Below, in pieces: positions 33,993 to 43,570 of a stretch of DNA of 43,570 nt (positions within the stretch are counted from its first letter, which is position 1; every line of letters begins with the position of its first letter). The translations under genes were made by a program, and so were the position numbers. Location of the stretch: assembly GCA_051942205.1 (NCBI GenBank), contig JAVECO010000074.1, positions 62,001 to 105,570 on the forward strand, written 5' to 3'. The stretch comes from Coniocarpon cinnabarinum. Lineage: Eukaryota. Below the pieces are notes generated by a model that saw only the letters and a list, made by a program, of their open reading frames with translations, ran no database searches and had not been told where the DNA came from.

Positions 33993-34944
33993 ATGAGCGG
34001 CATCCTAGACAACCAGCACGCTCATGCGGTCCACAATAAACGCGTTCACATACTCGACTTTCCTATCGAAGTCTTGGAGCTAATCGCAACTGCTCTCATG
34101 CCTCCGCCCGATGAAAGTATCACTGAGAACCTCGAAGAATGGTCGGATGATGATCTGCGCGGCGCGCTGCAGTGGAAAGGTTTGGTCCAATGACTACTAA
34201 GCAATAAGCAAAATGTTGAGTTTTTCAGCTTCGCTCTTTGCGCTTCGATTGAGCTGTCGAACGTTTGCGAATCTTCAGTCGCCAAAGCGAGTTTTGTTCC
34301 ACACTTTCTATTGGCTCCCAACAGAGCGCTCCGTTGAGCGGCTACTAAATATTGTCCAAAAACCGGCGTAAGCGTCCTTTTGTTCACTGGGAATCGCTTG
34401 AGCTGAGAATAAGTTTGCAGGCTCTCGGATTTGGTGCGCCAAATCGTGCTCTTTCAGAGGGCGGTTTGGAAGGATGGCAGATACATCTCGTGGGCTAAAC
34501 GAGTTGTCGGCAAAGGCGAGCCACGTGGTAGATTTGTTAAGCGCGACAAGACCTCGCAAGATCTGGAGCAGTTCTTGAGCCACATGCCAAATATCAAGTA
34601 GGATATAAAGCCGTATTGATTTGCAGACTAGCGTTGACGCATATAGGTGCTATGCTATGCAACCATTCGAAGACCGACGGCCTCACCTAACCCCCAACTC
34701 CCTCCCCGACTTCATCGTGGATGTAGGTTCGCCCCGCGACTATCCACGGAACACGGATGAGCTCCGTGGCCTTCTTGTCGTAGAAGACAACAGAGACAAG
34801 AAGCAGCCCAAGTCTCATCGCAAAGTCACCCATGTAGCTGTGATTCGTTACTCAGACGGCGGCTTGTATTTGACGCGTTATCACAATATCGGCACACAAC
34901 AAGCTCTCAACTCAACTCTCAACTCAGCCGCAACTACGGGGTGA
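33993..34944 (+). CDS. Orphan 266-aa protein with divergent, insert-split F-box-like N-terminus; exons 33993-34179, 34229-34367, 34421-34597, 34647-34944
   Basis: Three 49-53-nt GT-AG introns give an 801-nt stop-free frame. ILDFPIEVLELIATAL...SLFALRLSCRTFA resembles the F-box consensus (LPxEI..I...L...L.lvCr.f). The full gene is not visible in the ORF track. Confidence 0.62.
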
Positions 34945-37205
34945 TACTCCTCTTGGTGAACTACAGCCCGAATGGTACTGCCATCTTGCTTAACTCCACG
35001 AGCACTTTATCCTGCACAGCCTCGAACATCCACTGTAAAGTTTCGAAACATTCCAGGAATGATACGGGATGTTCGCTGGAGCATTTTCGATAGGCAATAA
35101 TCCTCTCAATTCATACTCTGCAATGTTTCGGGAGCGGGACCCAAAATGTTGTCATTTTCGTTTTCTTGGAGCCACTGTGATGCTGCTAATTTTTGGAAAC
35201 CGTTTTGCAAGTGATGTACGCGGGAACACTGCAGAGAAATCGGCGCGGGGACTTGTCTGATGAGCTATCATGCAGCAACTGAATCAAATCCAATGCGTTG
35301 GACAACATTTGGACTTCGAGCATTGAAACTTCTGTTGATACATCGTTTTCAACAGCTTTCAGCCTCGATGCGCAAGGAGTAGACCACATAAGGTAAGCTA
35401 TTCAAGCTTCAACTGCGTCCGTACGCACAAGGTGTACAAGACACTTCCTCAGTCCATGCTTTGGAAGCCAGGTCGCATGTCAAATATGCCTCTGCCTAGC
35501 GATGTCCCGCTCCAACATAAGGTTCGAGGCCGAAACACTGGGGATTGCTAAGCAATCCTTACCGCCCCAATTTGAACCGCGGTTGAGGTCGTCTGCCGTA
35601 CGCATTGACCTCATGTTAGTCTCGGTACTTGGGTGTGAAAGCGGCACGCCGGGCCCCAAATTTGGGTCCGTCTGATTTTTAAGTTTTCGCACTGGCCATG
35701 CCTGCCGCCACGTCCACGGTTGAGCGATCGCGCTACCCGCTGATGCTTGTCATTATCAATATCCGGCCTCGCGATCAGGTGACACGATGTGATACTCTTG
35801 TTGTTTCGTTCGTGTCACTATTTGGTTGCTGACTTTCACTGAAAGCAGCACGCCTCGGACATTCCATATGGCATCAAATGTGAGCCATGCAACATTTCTT
35901 CTCCCTTCTACTGGAATTTCAACCGCCGTCGTGGCTTTCGCTTGTTATAGCGCTGCAAGCAAAGAGCTGCCCGATTTATACTTGGCAGCACTGCTTGCAG
36001 TCTAACGGCCCTGAAAACATCCTGCCGACAGTCCGCGATTCGATGTCAGCCTAAGTATCGTATCTGTTCAACGGTTATGTGGTTCTACATGTGTACCAGA
36101 GATCCTGACCTGGGTCGAAGGGGGACGGATCATCAGGATGGATGTGTTCCTATCACGGATGTGGCTTGCGTCAGGGACCAGCGACCATTACATAAGCGAA
36201 CCCTTCATTTACTGCGTAGGAATACTTTTCCGGAAAGATCAGACGTTTTTTTTGGTTTGTTATGAAAAGTTTCTATCACGGGCGGCTTGGTAATATCGAT
36301 GTCAATTGTAGTTGTGTAAGGATTTATCTTTGATAGATTCACGTGACCTCACCGCGACTGCTAAGATGCGATCCTGACGGCAATGAAGTTAAAGAAGACA
36401 CGTATGGGCGGGAGGTGTGAGGATGGCAAATCCACGCAGCCAATGTTAATGCGATCGGGTTTAAGACCGATGATGTGAAAAATGCTATGCGACCTCATAC
36501 ACATGTGGCATGTCGAAGGCACGAGAAACTTGTAGCCCGTGATGCTATCTATCTGCTTCGAGGTATCGATTTCTTTCCCTATCACAACATACGCTTTCGT
36601 AGAGCCTCGCAACGCCGTAACAAGTAAGAAGGAACCTTATAACAACATGTTTACCGCACATAACATGGAGTAATAACAACATCATTATCATCTTCAACGG
36701 CTATGATCCGACTACGGCCCTAGCCATCAAGACACTTTTACATCTTGGAATGATTTCCCTGTCTAGGACTTGCTCACATACAATCGTGTCTATTTCTTAT
36801 TGGCGCTTGAGTTTTTGCCGCAAATGCCTTTTCCACGCAAGCGGGAAAAATGCACATGTTCCTTCATGAACATCTCCGACGGACGTATGTTGCATGAGTG
36901 AAGATCTTCTGTTGCATTACGAAATGACAACTGCTTGCCGGACTAATACAGCAGCTCACCCGACAAAATGAACAAGTTGCAGTAATACGCAGTAGCACAT
37001 CGTGGCGACGTTCGGCGTAGACACGTATCAACAGCCATGCATACCACAACCCCCTAATACTTAAGTCGTACTCCATGACTTCTTTTTGTGCTCTCCAGAT
37101 CAACACTCCGGCATCCAACAACAGCATCAAACAATCATCTCCACCATCCGCACCGACTCAAGACAATCTTCCACGACCAAACCTTCAAGCCAATAATCAC
37201 CCATT

Positions 37206-37436
37206 ATGTCCAACCGCGAAAGCACCTACCAAGACACCGGCTTCAAAGAGTCCGCCGAGATGAAAGCCCGCCGCGAGAAAGCCGAAGCCAAGGGCGAGGG
37301 CTCGAACAGGGCCGAAGCAGCCAAGAACTATGACTCCTGGGGCGAGCGGGCCAAAGAAAAGGGCAAGGACGCCTTTAAGCATCTCAACCCGCTCGGTGGC
37401 AATCCCCCAGAGAAGGGAAGTGGAAGTGGAAAGTGA
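37206..37436 (+). CDS. Small (76 aa) hydrophilic, charged protein; hydrophilin/stress-protein-like
   Basis: ATG in ATT-ATG context after a long C/A-rich leader typical of highly expressed fungal genes; strong C/G third-position bias; K/E/A/G-rich, no Cys. Confidence 0.65.
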   Translation: MSNRESTYQDTGFKESAEMKARREKAEAKGEGSNRAEAAKNYDSWGERAKEKGKDAFKHLNPLGGNPPEKGSGSGK

Positions 37437-39710
37437 GAGTGAGGTTGTCGATCCTGTAGCGAATACGCCTGCAATGCACAGCAAATCTGTGGGACGGCGA
37501 AAATCTACGGGTTCGAAGTGTAGTGGACGTGTACCGATGGGCGGCCGAAAGGGATAGAAATGGCCTGACACTCGTTTGCTTGGACATGGGAGAAGACGTA
37601 TCTGACGATGGGTATTGGGCTGGACCTCGTACTTAGTAGTTTTGAATGCCACTTCTTCTCTCCCAACACGAAACCTAGATGCAGCTAGGCAAGACTTCAA
37701 GCGTAATTTGCAGGTCTGCGGTCTCACCTTGTAATGTACGATCAAGACCGAACGGGTAGAGGAGGAGAAATTGCTCTGGCCTTTTAGGGCATGCGTCTAT
37801 GGTGATCCGTGCGGTGGCGGCTATTGCTAGCCTTTACAAGCGTCAGGCGGTCATCTGCCACGGACCAAGAAAGGAATGGAAGGCTCGTTAACGCGGCGGC
37901 TTTTCGGTCAGCGTGCCGATTTAACCTGGTCAAAAAGCGGAATGAAAGGAAACAGGTCTGCGCGCCACGGTTGCATCAGCTAAGTCTTGCTCCTCTCTCT
38001 TGGCGGTGATGCTCACGTATCTGGTCCCCCCGCATCTAAATGTATAAGACTGGAAATTTGAATCGTATGGGTACGCTTGGAGGGAAGGAGAGATTTCTAC
38101 AGTATAATGGATACTAGGGTTTCGATGCTGTCCTACACCCGTCTAACGATGATTCTATTTGCCGAACACATAACATCTAGTCACGCTCAAGAAATGCTAC
38201 CAGCCTGTTATGGAAAACGATTCTCACTTACGCTTAAGGCATGACGTTACAGCTTATAGATGCTCTTGACTTAGCTATGGCGTTCATTTCTTTTGCAAAG
38301 AATCTCAGCCACGGGATTAGTAGAGCTCCGAAAGGACGCAGGCGACATGGCACACAGGCGTGTCTACATGCGTGCTGCTTGCCATTGCAACTATGGGCAG
38401 CAGTGAGTCTTTGATGGAATGGCATCGTTTTCCTGCCCTGCGATCCTCGCAATTCCTGTACAAAGCGGCGGGACAAGGCGCGTTCGTGCTTGGGTGTGGC
38501 CACGACGGTCTACACTTCACAGTCATCCATCATAGTCTGTCATGTTCTCATAGCCGATCTCGGTGGTAAAAAATGCCACTTCACACATAGAAGGGCGTTC
38601 AAAAAGCGCTGCGGTCGAAGCCATGCTGGATTGTATCAAGAATTTAAGGCTATGCTGGTATCAATGTGTCCCTGAACGTGACAACAAATCGCTGCAGACG
38701 ATTTTGGAAAAGTGTCACGGCCAATTGACCGGACATCCACAGATTCCATTGCGCGCCGGACCGCAAAGGTCCAAGCACTGTGTTGTTTTTCGTATCCTAT
38801 GTATGTTAGCGGCGAATCAAGTTCGTGTTGATCCATGAAGTTGCTCCTGACACGTAGCCACATCGCCTACAAGGACACAGCTACTCGAGGTCTTCCTCCA
38901 AAACATGGACTGTCTTCGCCATTCTGATTGATTTCGAAATCTTGCACTGACTTAGTTTCCCTAGACCACAGAATAAGAGAACCATTTTGCGTTGCTAATT
39001 GCCTCGGCTCCGAGTTTTGGAGCCACATATGTCTCGAACATTTGATTCCTTTCCTATTCACATGCAAGGGCAATGAGAATTAATAGAGCACGTGGCAAGT
39101 CCCACCGGAGATCCTGTGGCTATCCCGTGCGTGCATAGAAGGATCTGGGAATGAGTCTGAGACCACATTAGGATCCTACTGCTGATTACGTCATCGATCA
39201 AGGTGTTATGAAGGCTGTCCCAAAGGGCTGCGTGGCAGCTGTCATGGGAAGAGTACTGAGTCGTGTTACTTTCTGCTTGGCTTTGGGGATCATAGTGTCT
39301 TTTCCCTCGCTCCGTAGACATGGTGAAACAGCAAATCCTCCAAACAGACACTCTGCTGGCGGAGCAGGCGTGAACCTTCCACAGAGACGTGTTTTCCTGT
39401 CATCGTCAGCTGAAACCGTGAACGTCCTTGCTTCCGCAAACATGATCAACACACGATCAAGGTTGAGACCATGATTCCTGAACACCCCGGTGCAGACACG
39501 TTGCACTATTTCAACTTCACAAATCATCAAGCAGACATGTTTCAATCTGGGCCAAACGATCGTAGGCATTATGAAGCTTCTCGTTCTTTGTTACTCCAGC
39601 TCTAGCCAGGCAAGATCCCCAACTTCCACATCACAGCCAACTCCGAGACATGATCCACCAGAGACACCTTCCAAGGTCTGTCAACTACCACAAATTCATC
39701 GTTGTCAATC

Positions 39711-39908
39711 ATGCCGAAGGGCGAACAACCTCCAATCGACAAGGGAATGTTGGACAAACAGGAGAAAGCGCAGAACAGCAACGCAGGACAGGACAATATT
39801 GATAGAAGCAATGTTAGAAAGAGATTAGACAAGGTTGATAAAGATGTGCAAGACAGCAAGAGCCCTTCCACCATGGACAAACAAGAGTCTATTCGGCGGT
39901 GGCAGTAA
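39711..39908 (+). CDS. Small (65 aa) hydrophilic protein, D/K/Q-rich
   Basis: AATC-ATG context after a C/A-rich leader; MPKGEQPPIDKGMLDKQEKAQ...DKQESIRRWQ. The 3' end is uncertain because GTAAGG donor-like motifs lie at and just after the stop. Confidence 0.45.
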   Translation: MPKGEQPPIDKGMLDKQEKAQNSNAGQDNIDRSNVRKRLDKVDKDVQDSKSPSTMDKQESIRRWQ

Positions 39909-41831
39909 GGGTAAGGGAGGCTCTTGAAAGCGTTTGAGTATTATCGTGCGCATCCATCCAGCGCCCGCGCAAGCACTGAGCGCCAGCGGGAGCATTTCGA
40001 TCAATCGTACATGATCTCTCGATGGATGGGCAGCCACGACCAATGCTCAACGATCATCGAGAAACAAAAGGCAAGCTCAATGCGATTGATAGATGGAAGT
40101 GCTGAGCTGGACTGAGTACTTGAATAGTCTTGAGAATCTGCTTTGCTTCGTTTCTCCTTTGCTGCTTTCCGCCTTTAGTAAAAATTGACGAGTGAACTGG
40201 ATTCGAGGCATCGTATAGTGAAAGGTGCGCGGTCGCTGAATGAGACATTGCTATCGCATTAGGAAGAGCCTGCTTTGACACAGCTCCGAGAGGGAGAGCG
40301 ATCACAGCTCGTTAGGCATGTGCTTCTGGCAGCAGGCGACGTGGTGGAGAGCCAGTAATCTAAGAGTTGCAGCATTAGATGTTCTATTCTCGCGGCAATT
40401 GCTTAAGCGCAACAGGGCGGCGTCTGGATGACAACACAGACCGCCCCCGACTCACGGCAACGCGTCTCTCAGAGGATCGCCGTCAAGGACAACACTTGGT
40501 AGCGAGCAGCCCCGTCCATGGACTTCAATGTAAAGTCAATCATCTTGAGCAGCGAGAGAAAAGTCTGGCCCCACGGTCTCACCCTGCCGCTGTCACGTGT
40601 ATGAGTCGGGCGCGCTAAGGATGCGCTACGGTTCCAAACCAATTTCAGCCCTGCTTTTTTTTTTCCCACGGCTCTTCTTTTTATGGCAAAGAAAACATCA
40701 CCGTACTACGAAGCACAAAAATTAAAAATTTTCTATAAATATTACGTTCTTTTAGTATAAACTTAGATAGTTTAATTTTTTTTTACTAAGCTTTATTATT
40801 TAATAGTAATATTACTACTACTATAACTTTTATATTAGCTATATTATTATTTAAGTAGCTAAAGCTCTTAAATATAGTATTCTAAAAAATATATATATTT
40901 TTTATATATACTATATATTTAAATATATAGCTTTAAAAGTTTATTTATATTATTAAGTACTATTAAAAAAGTAATATACTTATTTAGTTTATATACTAGC
41001 TTATATAGCTAAGTAAGATACTACTTATAGTATAAGAAAAAAAGCTATAAATAACTAGTATTTTTATTAAATTAGATATATTTTTAAATTATACTAAGTA
41101 CTTTTATAGTATTAAGACTACTATTAGTTATAATATTATAGCTACTATTACTATAGCTAGTATAATTAAAGCTAATAGAGCTATACTAAAAAAAATTCTT
41201 TAGTTTAGCTTTAAGAAGTTAATTAAGACTACTATTTATAAAATAAGTACTCTTTAGTTTTAAATACTTTTTATAGTAAAAAGAGTCTTTTAGAGTATAT
41301 AAAACTATATAAAAAGCTCTAGCTAAAAAAAAAACTATAGTTACTAGTCTATATTAAGCTCTAGATATTACAATACTTAGTAGTATAAAGATTATAAAAA
41401 TTTAATAATATTCTAGTAGTAATACTAGGCTATAGATATATACTAAGTAGAATACTTACTAGATACTATAATATATCTATATCTAGTAGCTTTCTTTTAG
41501 TTTAAAAATATATATAGTCTCTCTAACCTATAATATTTTTTATATATTTTATTTTTTAGTAATTAGTTAACTTTAGTATAAAAAAAAGTACTAGTAGTTT
41601 ACTAATAAGTTTATTTTAATAAATTTAAAGCTAGAACTTTATAATACTAATAATATATACTATATTAACTAGCTTAAAAATAATAATTAGTTTTAAAGAT
41701 TACTTATTATTATCTTTTTTTAGCCTAAATAGGCTAATACTATAATTAATAAGAAGCTTTATATTAACTATATCTTTTAAGCTACTAACTACTTTTTTAA
41801 AAAAATACGCTTTATATAGTACTATAACTAC

Positions 41832-41856
41832 TATATATATATATATATATATATAT
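41832..41856. repeat. (TA)12 microsatellite within the RIP block
   Basis: Direct reading of the sequence. Confidence 0.9.
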
Positions 41857-42530
41857 TAAACCTCTCTACTTTTTAAAATACTTCTACTACTATAAGTATA
41901 ATAAGTTTAAATACTATATTAGTAAGTATAAAAAAAGTATAGTAGTCTACTTTTATTATTAAATAAACTATATAGTACGTTTCTCTTACTATCTAGTCTA
42001 CTAAAAAGAAATAATATAAATTTACTAAATATAAGAGAGGCTATTATCTAAGTATCTAGTTCTTTTAAAAACTAACCCTTCTACTCTATATTTTCTTAAG
42101 CTGGACTATACTAATAAGATAGAGCTACTACTAGTACTAACTACGTCTATATCTATACCTATTACGTCTAGCTAAATAAAGGCTTAGGCTGTATCCTTTT
42201 ATTCTTGTCTAATAGAAAGAAAGCTAATAAGTAGCTATACTAGATAAGCTCTAATAAGAGGCTTAATAGATAAAAAATAAGAAATATAACTTAAATATTA
42301 AAAAAATAAAGTAAATTCTAAACTTATTATAAGTTAATATACTAAAGACTTTTTATAAAAAAAAGTTATTAGTTTAACTATATAAACTAAGATATATATA
42401 GATATACTACTAGTAGCTACTTTAAGATAAATAGCTACTAGTAGGTAAAATAGCTACTATAAGTATATAGCTACTTAGTTAGATATCTTATATAGTAGGT
42501 ATCTACTACTATCTAACTTATTATATAAGA

Positions 42531-42624
42531 TAGGTATACTATTAGTTCTAACGTTCTAATTATATGTTATAGTCTAGTCTACCCTTAGCCCTTTAAGAAG
42601 CTAGTGTAAGGCTAGAGCGTAATA
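42531..42624 (-). repeat. Left arm of a 94-bp inverted repeat; LTR-like 5' end on the minus strand (TATTACG, from TGTTACG)
   Basis: 77/94 identical to the reverse complement of 42901-42994 by manual alignment; 14 of 17 mismatches are transitions. Confidence 0.85.
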
Positions 42625-42900
42625 AGTAGTATCTACTAACACTACTATTATTACTACTTTTAGGCTAGGTAGTACCTCTTTATCCTACCTAGTACGCTTG
42701 CCCTACCTAAACCTAGGTTTAATACTAATAATAACTAATATACTATAATAGCCTCTATTTTACCTAGTTATAGTACTTACTACTACTAACTATAGGGCTC
42801 TATATAAGATTATAGTACTATTAACTAATATTAGACCTTACTAGTACTACTACTAACCCTCTATAGAAATATACCTATTTACTCTACTAAGCTAAGTAAG

Positions 42901-42994
42901 TGTTACGCTCTAGCCTTGCACTAGCTCTAGAAAGAGCTAGGGGTAGGCTAGACCGCAATATATAATTAGAATGTTAAAACTAATAGGATATCTA
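42901..42994 (+). repeat. Right arm of the 94-bp inverted repeat; begins TGTTACG, like an LTR 5' terminus
   Basis: Inverted match to 42531-42624; retains several CpA/TpG sites. Confidence 0.85.
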
Positions 42995-43002
42995 CCAAAT
43001 AT

Positions 43003-43570
43003 TATAATATTTATATTAAAATAAAATATTTAAGATATCTACTATATAGACCTCTAACATAAATTAATATCCTAATATAACTCTAGAAAGTTATTATAAT
43101 AGACTTTATAATAAAACTACCTATTTTAAGGAAGTTTAATACTATCTATATAATAGTTAATAAACTAACTAAGTTTATATACTTTATCCTAATAAATAAA
43201 GCGTTAACTATAAAAGACCTTATAGATATAAATCTTAAAAAAATTTAGTTAATCTATAGAACTCTAAAGACAATTATATTAGATAGAGATTAAAAATTTA
43301 TTTCTACTTACTAGTAAATAATTATATTAACTTTAGGTATTAAGATAAAACTATCTATAGCGTATTACCTATAAATAGATAGCTAGATAGAAAAAATAAA
43401 TTAAATACTAGAATAATATCTATAAATTTATATTAACTATAATTAGAATAATTAGGTAAAATTACTTTTAATAGCTATATTAGCTTATAATATAAAAAAA
43501 GAAAATTCTAGGTAAAGCCTATTTTTAAACTTATTTAGCTATAAGCTAATTTTAGACTAATAACTTAAAT
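43003..43570 (+). pseudogene. RIP-inactivated Ty3/gypsy integrase (end of zinc finger + rve core); runs off the window
   Basis: Frame from 43003 reads YNIYIKIKYLRYLLYRPL..L*KVIIIDFIIKLP..IVNKLTKFIYFIL..IYRTLKTIILDRD*KF..LSIAYYL*IDS*IEKIN*ILE*YL*IY..N*VKLL. Reverting C>T/G>A gives CxxC..RHxPYG, PW..MDFI.KLP, VDKLTK, HGxP..I.SDRD, STAYHPQTDGQTERxNQxLEQYL. Confidence 0.9.

Larger units (their letters stand above)
40710..43570. mobile_element. AT-rich block of RIP-degraded, nested transposon relics
   Basis: Abrupt fall in GC at ~40710; strong depletion of CpA/TpG with excess TpA, TAG, TAA and CTA; no ORF of 60 aa or more in the track. Confidence 0.93.

Noticed and set aside
39198..39569. 123-aa minus-strand ORF and other short ORFs at 35000-40600
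   Set aside because: No domain, codon-bias or consistent splice support could be seen.
1..43570. tRNA, rRNA or CRISPR arrays
   Set aside because: GTTCGA-like motifs (e.g. ~35522, ~37511) lack cloverleaf context; no rRNA signatures or spaced direct-repeat arrays were seen in this eukaryotic window.

Overview
Gene-dense region of a filamentous ascomycete (Pezizomycotina) chromosome with short GT-AG introns and CTRAC/CTAAT branch sites, ending in a ~2.9-kb AT-rich, RIP-degraded transposon block. Gene order: NOP12(+), complex I 17.8-kDa-type subunit(-), hevein/CBM18 + AA5 copper radical (glyoxal) oxidase(-), small secreted protein(+), D-lactate dehydrogenase(-), PRP4(+), RNAi-type RNA-dependent RNA polymerase(-, SAD-1/Rdp1-like), ~1040-aa coiled-coil protein(-), PTC7-type PP2C(+), MPS1 kinase(+), HOM2(+), RPS4(+), SCO1(+). 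These are followed by an orphan zone (F-box-like gene, two tiny hydrophilic proteins) and RIP relics (LTR-like inverted pair, Ty3/gypsy integrase). The most notable observation is that the otherwise intact copper radical oxidase gene has one in-frame TAG (5293-5295) inside its hevein domain. The A of this codon lies in the loop of a local hairpin that reads U-AGC-A, like a tRNA-Ala anticodon loop. This is what premature-stop-correcting A-to-I mRNA editing (UAG to Trp) would look like, but readthrough, a null allele or a sequencing error cannot be excluded from DNA alone. All exon structures and family calls were made by eye, without database searches.
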